This document shows positions 1 through 5,756 of a stretch of 5,756 bases of DNA, in pieces. The position numbers and the translations under genes were made by a program. The stretch lies in NCBI RefSeq assembly GCF_006345805.1, contig NW_021829951.1, positions 1 through 5,756 of the forward strand, written 5' to 3'. The notes beneath the pieces were generated by a model. It worked only from the letters and a program-made list of their open reading frames with translations, made no database searches and was not told the DNA's origin. The DNA comes from Octopus sinensis. Taxonomy: Eukaryota. Within the stretch, counting starts at the first letter, position 1. Each line of letters starts with the position of its first letter.

Positions 1-36
1 ACAAGTATATCATATATTCTATATAATATATATATA

Positions 37-82
<46 letters not shown>

Positions 83-221
83 CATATATATATACATATA
101 TATATATACATATATATATATACAATATATATAATACATATATATATACATATATATATATACATATATATATACACACACACACACACACATCATATAT
201 ATATATATACTATATATATAA
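1..221. repeat. Compound (TA)n / TATATACA / (CA)n microsatellite
   Basis: Almost pure TA dinucleotide with periodic C substitutions, and a (CA)n run at about 173-192. Confidence 0.95.
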
Positions 222-295
222 AACACTCACTCACAAGGAGAGATGCTAAGCTCATAAATATGAGATGTAATAAACGTGGGGATGAAGAACGTATA

Positions 296-392
296 GATAT
301 ACACATATACAACCACCATACACACATACATAACTTACATGCATGCATATATACATACACACACACACCAACACACCACACATATATATATA
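296..392. repeat. Degenerate (AC)n/(AT)n low-complexity tract
   Basis: acacatatac/acacacac runs ending in (TA)n directly before the MITE. Confidence 0.85.
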
Positions 393-773
393 CACTACCG
401 TCAGAAATTAATTAGCAACCCTTGATTTGCTCTTCAACTCAAGGTATGTGCTGTCACCTAGTGGCCATATCTCGAACTATTGCTTTGTTGCGAGTTCACT
501 GTTGCGCAGAACGATGACGTAACTTTGTTTGCAGAAGCAGTTTGAGAGTCTACAGCCTTATGATGTTGACATAGCAGTGCAACAACAACTTGGAGTGCGG
601 ATGCAGACAAATCTTCCTTTGTTTAATAGATATAGGTAGCGCCTCGCAAGGACCGAAATCACACCACTAAGTTTTCTCATCGCGTAAGACGTTTTGAACA
701 GCTCATAGGTTAATTGATTTAACCTATTTAATGTAGAAATTTGAGAAGTGCTAATTAATTTCTGACGCAAGTG
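393..773. mobile_element. Non-autonomous Tc1/mariner-type MITE (381 bp)
   Basis: 25-bp TIRs: 393-417 CACTACCGTCAGAAATTAATTAGCA and 749-773 (reverse complement CACTTGCGTCAGAAATTAATTAGCA), 23/25 identical. TA flanks both ends (391-392, 774-775), as expected for a Tc1/mariner target-site duplication. No transposase ORF inside. Confidence 0.82.
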
Positions 774-807
774 TATATATATATATAAATTTTGTAGGAC
801 TCTATTA

Positions 808-1020
808 TTCTTTCATTCTTTCCTTCTTTCTATCAGCCCCTTCACACTTCATTCTTTCCATTCTTCTTTCTTTCATTTCCCCCTCTTTCACATTTCCTGG
901 CTTTCTTTTCATTCTCACCTTCCCTCCTCTTTCACTTCACTGTGTTCCTTTTCTTTTTTGCTCATCCCTCCTTAATTCTTCTGTCTCTCTGCCTCTACCT
1001 CTCTCCTCTCTCCCCACCTG
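808..1020 (+). repeat. Polypyrimidine (CT-rich) tract, possibly part of the adjacent Penelope-like repeat
   Basis: About 210 bp strongly skewed to C/T on the + strand. The link to the neighbouring element is inference only. Confidence 0.75.
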
Positions 1021-1320
1021 ACCGGTGTTCGGCCAAGCTTGACCTTTCTTTCTTGGTTCAGCTACATCTATATTCCTCCCTATGCCTGTCATCTTTTATA
1101 TCCCTGCCATAAGGCTTCACTTTCACACATGCCAGCTTATTTTTATTTGTCCTTAGTCGAAAGACACCTGTTGTTAATGTCCTTTATTTGCATTTGTATT
1201 TGGGTAAAATTTCCCTGTTTTTTCCATCCTCATCTTCATATACATTTGCTGCTTTCTTCCAAGGAATCTAGTTCTCTTAGCTTAGTTTATCCCTGGGATT
1301 GGCCAGATTGGAGCCGAAAT

Positions 1321-1471
1321 TGCAAAGATAATCTGGAACTCGACAGAAGAAAGAAAACTCCAAATGACCCATGCTTATTTTTTTGTATCGTCTGTCTGGA
1401 TGTTTTGTTGTGCCTTTCTCATATAATCTAACTGTCTGAATGTGTTGCGTTTTTGTCCCATTTTTGGTATT
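1321..1471. mobile_element. Interspersed repeat, probable Penelope-like terminal-repeat fragment (copy 1; may extend left to ~1021 or ~808)
   Basis: Colinear with the reverse complement of 5546-5693 at about 80% by eye (shared aatgacccat, atcgtct.tctggatg, ttgtcccatttt). Both copies end at the same point beside (TA)n. The Penelope label rests on the inverted partial duplication in copy 2 and on recall of similar octopus repeats. Confidence 0.55.
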
Positions 1472-1478
1472 CCTTTTC

Positions 1479-1506
1479 ATATATATATATATATACACAC
1501 ACACAC
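1479..1506. repeat. (AT)n(AC)n microsatellite
   Basis: Direct reading of the sequence. Confidence 0.9.
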
Positions 1507-1508
1507 GT

Positions 1509-1603
1509 GACAGGTATATTTTTAGTTTCCCTCTACCAAATCCACTCACAAGGCTTTGGTCAGCCTGAGGCTATTGTAGAAGACACTTGCCCAAGGTGCC
1601 ACA
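1509..1603 (-). mobile_element. Internal fragment of the tRNA-derived SINE (core region only)
   Basis: accaaatccactcacaaggctttggtc...agaagacacttgcccaaggtgccac matches the same segment in the full copies (~3328-3422 and ~4277-4369). The tRNA head and the 3' half are absent. Confidence 0.88.
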
Positions 1604-1626
1604 TATCAGGATATTATGGAAAGAAT

Positions 1627-1803
1627 ATCATCATCATCATCATCATTTAACGTCCATGCTAGCATCAGTTGGACGGTTTGACTGGGGTCTGGAAACCCAG
1701 AAGGCTGCTCCAGGCTCCAGTCTGATCTGGCAGTGTTTCTACAGCTGGATGCCCTTCCTAACACCAACCACTCCGTGAGTGTAGTGGGTGCTTTTTACGT
1801 GCC
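1627..1803 (-). mobile_element. 5'-truncated (GAT)n-tailed retroposon (RTE-related SINE-like)
   Basis: Reverse complement aligns to 5344-5531, including GGAAGGGCATCCAGCTGTAGAAAC. The (ATC)n run at 1627-1646 is the (GAT)n tail on the minus strand. RTE affinity is inferred from this motif and the tail type. Confidence 0.82.
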
Positions 1804-2178
1804 TTGGGAGGAAAGTAAGAATTTGTTATCGCAATTGATCCTGTTCTGATATTTGCAATCTAGCAGTTTAACACCTGTAATTATGTCACCTCTACTCAAC
1901 ATTCTGCTCTTCGACACCACAGTCTCCCACCTCACCCCTATCCCTCTTCCTCCCTGTCTTCCTCAGCAGCTTTACGTCTTACTCTTCCTTTCCCCTTTGT
2001 TGTCCCCTTAAACTGTATCTCTCACCATCAATTTAACACAAATAATTCAGTGTTGCCTTCTCTGTTGACGTGTTTATAACATAACATTACCAATATTATT
2101 CGTGGCTATTCTTTGGTACAGATTTATTCTCTCGCTCGTTGCCAAAATGAGAAGGCCATCATACATTCCATTTATTGA

Positions 2179-2317
2179 TTATTTTCTCTCTGAACCAAAT
2201 CTTTAACTTTTAAGTTTTAATTCACCTGAATAAAAAAGAACAAAACATTTTTTCTTTATAATATAATTGATACAGTCATCAATAAAAAAACCACATCTGA
2301 AACAGCTGTAGCAAACT
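2179..2317 (+). repeat. Direct repeat copy 1 (pairs with 2727-2863)
   Basis: 2179-2232 matches 2727-2780 at 53/54. The following ~85 bp align more loosely (shared tctgaaacagctgt, taattg, tttttt). Confidence 0.9.
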
Positions 2318-2334
2318 GCAGCCCACATGTGTTC

Positions 2335-2374
2335 ATTCTTTATATATCACGACTATTCTTTATATATTACGACT
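2335..2374 (+). repeat. 20-bp tandem duplication at the left edge of the palindrome
   Basis: attctttatatatcacgact (2335-2354) and attctttatatattacgact (2355-2374), 19/20 identical. Confidence 0.9.
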
Positions 2375-2570
2375 ATAAGATACCCGGTTTTGGTTAAACT
2401 GCACCGCAAAATATGGGAGTAGTTAGGAATCTAAATCGTAGGAGACAGACACACAACCTTACTTTTATATATAAAAGTGAAGTTGTGTGTCTGTCTCCTA
2501 CGATTTAGATTCCTAGCTACTCCCATATTTTGCGGTGCAGTTTAACCAAAACCAGGTATCTTATAGTCGT
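2369..2570. repeat. 202-bp spacer-less near-perfect palindrome
   Basis: Arms 2369-2469 and 2470-2570 are reverse complements at 97/101 with no indels. Symmetry centre lies in ACTTTTATA|TATAAAAGT. Confidence 0.97.
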
Positions 2571-2729
2571 GATTCATATCAAGCCCTTCTGGGTATTAGC
2601 GCGCGTCTACGATGAGTCTACGATTTAAAAAAAAATTTACCATCATTTTTTTCCATTTTAATGCATTTTTTTCGCTATTATATAAGGGAAATAACTCTCT
2701 AAAAATGTCTACGATGAGTCAACGATTTA
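2470..2729 (+). mobile_element. Probable non-autonomous Helitron-like element, 5' portion, 3'-truncated (an inverted 101-bp copy of its start occupies 2369-2469)
   Basis: Begins TATAAAAGTGAAGTTGTGTGTCTGTC, the TATATAAAA plus short GT/GTCT repeat layout typical of invertebrate non-autonomous Helitron 5' ends. Internal 23-bp direct repeat GTCTACGATGAGTC(T/A)ACGATTTA at 2605-2627 and 2707-2729. No 5' TC and no 3' hairpin plus CTRR terminus seen. Confidence 0.5.
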
Positions 2730-2863
2730 TTTTCTCTCTGAACCAAATCTTCAACTTTTAAGTTTTAATTCACCTGAATATATATAAAAAAAATGTTTTT
2801 TCCCTTCATGATGTAATTGGTGTATTCATAAAAAAAACATGTCTGAAACAGCTGTTGTGAACT
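2727..2863 (+). repeat. Direct repeat copy 2 (pairs with 2179-2317)
   Basis: Offset 548 bp from copy 1. First 54 bp differ only at 2204/2752. Confidence 0.9.
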
Positions 2864-3020
2864 TCACTCAGTTTGTTAATTTATTGATGCATTTGGGCAA
2901 GTCTATGTTTGTATTTTCTGACAATTGCAAAGAAATATTAAAAAAAAATTTTTTAATCTGCAAAATTCCAGTACAAATTCTTTATGGTTCAAAACATTGC
3001 TTACTTTTTACTCAACTTAA

Positions 3021-3068
3021 TATATATATACATACATGTGTGTGCGTGTGTATGTATGTATGTATATA
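3021..3068. repeat. Compound AT/GT/GTAT microsatellite at the tail of SINE copy A
   Basis: Direct reading of the sequence. Confidence 0.85.
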
Positions 3069-3490
3069 TACTCTCTTTACTCTTTACTCTTTTACTTGTT
3101 TCAGTCATTTGACTGCGGCCATGCTGGAGCACCGCCTTTTAGTCGAGCAAATCGACCCCAGGACTTATTCTTTGTAAGCCCAGTACTTATTCTATCGGCC
3201 TCTTTTGCCGAACCGCTAAGTGACGGGGACGTAAACACACCAGCATCGGTTGTCAAGCGATGCTAGGGAGACAAACACAGACACACAAACACATATACAC
3301 ACACACACACATATATATACATATATACGACAGGCTTCTTTCAGTTTCCATGGACCAAATCCACTCACAAGGCATTGGTCGGCCCGGGGCTTTAGCAGAA
3401 GACACTTGCCCAAGATGCCACACAGTGGGACTGAACCTGGAACCATGTGGTTGGTTAGCATTCTACTTACCACACAGCCACTCCTGCGCC
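3069..3490 (-). mobile_element. Full-length tRNA-derived SINE, copy A
   Basis: Minus strand reads GGCGCAGGAGTGGCTGTGTGG...GGTTCAGTCCCACTG (tRNA-like head), then a CORE-like CTTGGGCAAGTG segment, an internal GT/AT microsatellite, a 3' body and a (TAAAGAG)n-type tail. Over 90% identical by eye to copy B outside the microsatellite. Resembles described octopus tRNA-derived SINEs (OK/OR1/OR2 group); exact family not determined. Confidence 0.92.
3427..3480 (-). promoter_or_regulatory. Internal RNA Pol III promoter of SINE A (A box 3470-3480, B box 3427-3437)
   Basis: A box TGGCTGTGTGG is 10/11 to TRGCNNARYGG. B-box-like GGTTCAGTCCC lies 32 nt downstream, a tRNA-like spacing. Confidence 0.75.
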
Positions 3491-3501
3491 TATATGTACA
3501 T

Positions 3502-3700
3502 ATGCAGCATCTTCAACCAAAATCTTTTGTGATTACTCGAATAAAGAAATCTTTCTATCGTTGTATCTTTTCTCCTTGAACTGCCAGATTTTAGAACTCT
3601 CTTCTAAAGACCTGAACTCTTTCAAGTCTGAAGTAAAGTCATTCCTTTCATTGCAATTACTCCTTCTTCGTTATCCCTTTCACAAATTAATTGCTCAACC
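3502..3700 (+). mobile_element. Decayed LINE (CR1/L2/Jockey-group) ORF2 C-terminus and probable 3' UTR
   Basis: 3568-3606 reads F-S-P-*-T-A-R-F-*-N-S-L-L. After a frame change, 3609-3653 reads D-L-N-S-F-K-S-E-V-K-S-F-L-S-L. This resembles the end of such ORF2 proteins (FFPRTxxLWNxLP...DLxxFKxxVxxxL). The stops fit CGA>TGA and TGG>TAG point mutations. Confidence 0.6.
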
Positions 3701-3707
3701 TGTGACT

Positions 3708-3775
3708 TACACACACACACATATATATATATATATATTCACACTTTGATACGCATGCAACACACACACACACTC
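3708..3775. repeat. (AC)n/(AT)n compound microsatellite
   Basis: Direct reading of the sequence. Confidence 0.8.
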
Positions 3776-3966
3776 TGATATATGTGTTTCTGCTCCACTC
3801 TGCTTGTGTGTATGTGTATGTGTAAATAAAATGTATTTTTTACAGTTTCTAGATATGAGTGGTCCCGAGACCAAGGCCTCTACCATGTTTTTAAGATATA
3901 TGGATGGAAACTAGCTCAGGAAAGCAGGGATACTACAACCCTGAACCCCTTTCAGAGCGCTCCTAC

Positions 3967-3991
3967 TACACACACATATATGTATGTATAT

Positions 3992-4031
<40 letters not shown>
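3967..4031. repeat. (AC)n(AT)n microsatellite at the tail of SINE copy B
   Basis: Direct reading of the sequence. Confidence 0.92.
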
Positions 4032-4034
<3 letters not shown>

Positions 4035-4437
4035 TCTTTACCTCTTTACTCTTTACTCTTTTACTTGTTTCAGTCATTTGACTGCGGCCATGCTGGAGCA
4101 CCGCCTTTAGTCGAGCAAATCGACCCCGGGACTTATTCTTGTAAGCCAGTACTTATTCTATCGGTCTCTTTTGCCAAACCGCTAAGTGACGGGGACGTAA
4201 ACACACCAGCATCGGTTGTCAAGCAATGCTAGGGGGACAAACACACACATACATATACATATATATACATATATACGACAGGCTTCTTTCAGTTTCCGTC
4301 AACCAAATCCACTCACAAGGCTTTGGTCGGCCCGAGGCTCTAGTAGAAGACATTTGCCCAAGGTGCCACGCAGTGGGACTGAACCCGGAACCATGCGGTT
4401 GGTAAACAAGCTACTTACCACACAGCCACTCCTGCGC
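4032..4437 (-). mobile_element. Full-length tRNA-derived SINE, copy B
   Basis: Same architecture and orientation as copy A, with a shorter internal microsatellite and one extra TAAAGAG-type tail unit. Confidence 0.92.
4375..4428 (-). promoter_or_regulatory. Internal RNA Pol III promoter of SINE B (A box 4418-4428, B box 4375-4385)
   Basis: TGGCTGTGTGG and GGTTCAGTCCC on the minus strand, with the same spacing as copy A. Confidence 0.75.
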
Positions 4438-4457
4438 TATGGGGGCCACTCCTGCGC

Positions 4458-4460
<3 letters not shown>
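4425..4460. repeat. 16-bp direct duplication of the SINE 5' end separated by GGGG
   Basis: GCCACTCCTGCGCTAT at 4425-4440 and 4445-4460, 16/16 identical. Confidence 0.93.

Positions 4461-4518
<58 letters not shown>
4459..4518. repeat. (AT)n(GT)n microsatellite
   Basis: Uninterrupted AT run followed by an uninterrupted GT run. Confidence 0.97.
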
Positions 4519-4521
<3 letters not shown>

Positions 4522-4669
4522 TTTGTATACATACATATATTTTTATTAGGGTATATGTTATCCTTGTAAAGGGAGGGTTGCATCCAAGGAAATACTGGTT
4601 CAATACCTAGTATTGTTGGGGGAATGAAATTCCCTTTAAACAATGGGTGTATATTAATTTTATATCCAT

Positions 4670-5038
4670 TTAAAAGAAGGAAAGAAAATGGAGATAAGTA
4701 AGTTAACAATTGTCTATTATTAACAAACTGATCATCTTTGCTTCTCACAGCCATTTCAATTAATACTCAATAATTTAATTATGAATTTGTACTTTAAATT
4801 TGCATTTGTGTGACATGAGCGTAATTTCATCAGCGGGAAAAAGATGTACGTTGGGATGTTTTATGGGGACCTTTCTGTTTATTTCGTTCATTGATGAAAT
4901 TATGCTCATGTCACATAAATGCAAATTTAATGTAAAAATTTGTAATTAAATTATTCAGGGTTGAAACAGTTGTAAAAAGCAAAGATAACGAATTTGTTAA
5001 TAATCTCCAATATCTCCCATTTTCGTTTCTTCTTTTAA
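4670..5038. mobile_element. Foldback / long-TIR MITE-like inverted repeat
   Basis: Arms 4670-4832 and 4892-5038 are reverse complements around a 59-nt spacer. Inner 39 bp (4794-4832 vs 4892-4930) are 37/39 identical; outer parts are about 75-80% with indels. No clear TSD or superfamily terminus, so the transposon origin is inferred. Confidence 0.7.
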
Positions 5039-5040
<2 letters not shown>

Positions 5041-5079
<39 letters not shown>

Positions 5080-5098
5080 CACACATATATACACACGT
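5041..5098. repeat. (AC)n/(AT)n microsatellite
   Basis: Direct reading of the sequence. Confidence 0.95.
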
Positions 5099-5110
5099 AC
5101 GCTGCTATAT

Positions 5111-5531
5111 GATCAACATCAATGGAATTTGTAGCTGTGATACCAGTGGCAGTGGCACATTGGAGAACCATCCGAACGTGGCTGTAGCCAGCACCACCCT
5201 GACTGGCCCCCGTGCCGTTGGCACATAAAAAGCACCGTCCGATCGTGGCTGTTGCCAGCCTTGACTGGCCTCCATGCTGGTGGCACATAAAAAACACCAT
5301 CCGATCGTGGCCATTGCCAGCCTCGTTGGGCACCTGTGCCAGTGGCACATAAAAAACATCCACTATACTCATGGAGTGGTTGGCGTTAGGAAGGGCATCC
5401 AGCTGTAGAAACACCGCCAGATCTGACTGGCCTGGTGCAGCCTTCGGGCTTCCCAGACCCCAGTTGAACCATCCAACCCATGCCAGCATGGAGAACGGAC
5501 GTCAAACGATGATGATGATGATGATGATGAT
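5111..5531 (+). mobile_element. (GAT)n-tailed retroposon (RTE-related SINE-like) with an internal tandem array
   Basis: GC-rich body, GGAAGGGCATCCAGCTGTAGAAAC motif, (GAT)8 tail at 5508-5531, and homology to 1627-1803. The left boundary is approximate. Confidence 0.82.
5153..5358 (+). repeat. Internal tandem repeat, about 3.3 units of 62-66 bp
   Basis: Units start at TGGCACAT at 5153, 5219, 5281 and 5343 (lengths 66, 62, 62, partial). Shared motifs include ccga.cgtgg and gccagc. Confidence 0.9.
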
Positions 5532-5545
5532 ATGCATATATATAA

Positions 5546-5756
5546 ATACAAAATGGGACAAGAACGCAAAACATCCGGACAACTAGATGATACAAAAAGG
5601 GACAACAAAGCATCCAGATAGACGATTCAAAGAAAACAAGGATGGGTCATTCGAAGCTTTCTATCCTCAGTCAAGGACCAGATCATCCTCGCAGTCTATC
5701 TGGATGTTTTGTTGTCCCTTTTTGTATCACCTAGTTGTCCGGATGTTTTGCATTCT
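5546..5756. mobile_element. Probable Penelope-like terminal repeat (copy 2) with inverted partial duplication; runs off the window end
   Basis: 5546-5693 is homologous to 1321-1471 in inverted orientation. 5694-5756 is the reverse complement of 5561-5623 at 60/63. Confidence 0.6.

Noticed and set aside
705-727. 9-bp hairpin ATAGGTTAA-ttgat-TTAACCTAT inside the MITE
   Set aside because: Short and AT-rich, with no functional context.
1618-1815. GGAAAG on both sides of the 1627-1803 retroposon as a target-site duplication
   Set aside because: Only 6 bp and not directly adjacent to either end.
1900-2010. Second pyrimidine-rich tract as another Penelope-like fragment
   Set aside because: No alignable homology to 808-1020 beyond base composition.
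3421-3490. tRNA gene (also 4370-4437)
   Set aside because: A and B boxes are present but there is no complete cloverleaf, and the sequence continues into SINE body and tail.
3846-3981. Candidate exon: tttttacag acceptor, open frame SRYEWSRDQGLYHVFKIYGWKLAQESRD..., GTATGT donor
   Set aside because: Peptide not recognised and the donor lies inside a microsatellite. Only spliced RNA-seq or a protein hit could support it.
4591-4614. B-box-like GGTTCAATACC (4597-4607) in a small AATACT...AGTATT hairpin
   Set aside because: No convincing A box or SINE body. Could be an old tRNA-SINE relic but is not supportable.
5153-5358. Regularly spaced repeats that might suggest a CRISPR array
   Set aside because: Whole 62-66-bp units are similar to each other with no unique spacers, and they sit inside a eukaryotic retroposon.
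38-5613. All ORFs in the six-frame track (e.g. 4911-5489, 192 aa; 1039-1431, 130 aa)
   Set aside because: They translate microsatellites (YIYI, VCVC, HTHT, HHHH) or SINE bodies. No recognisable domain apart from the LINE relic reported separately.
5630-5680. Hammerhead-ribozyme-like core on the minus strand (CUGAGGA...CGAAU), with a decayed equivalent at ~1343-1365; tempting because Penelope-like repeats often carry hammerheads
   Set aside because: GAAU instead of GAAA, no G10.1-C11.1 pair, and I cannot form stem I. A cmsearch of the family consensus with Rfam hammerhead models would settle it.

Overview
Non-coding, AT-rich eukaryotic DNA. No supportable protein gene; every ORF in the track lies in microsatellites or repeats. 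From recalled SINE sequences I infer a cephalopod, probably Octopus (no database search run). Roughly two thirds of the window is a mosaic of mobile elements set among (TA)n/(AC)n microsatellites: a Tc1/mariner-type MITE (393-773), two full copies and one fragment of a tRNA-derived SINE, two copies of a (GAT)n-tailed retroposon, two copies of a probable Penelope-like repeat, a decayed LINE ORF2 C-terminus, a Helitron-like 5' end and a foldback element. The most unusual feature is the amount of inverted symmetry: a spacer-less 202-bp palindrome bracketed by direct repeats, a ~370-bp foldback, a 63-bp-arm hairpin at the window end, and a mirror-ordered pair of repeats about 3.5 kb apart. All alignments were done by eye.
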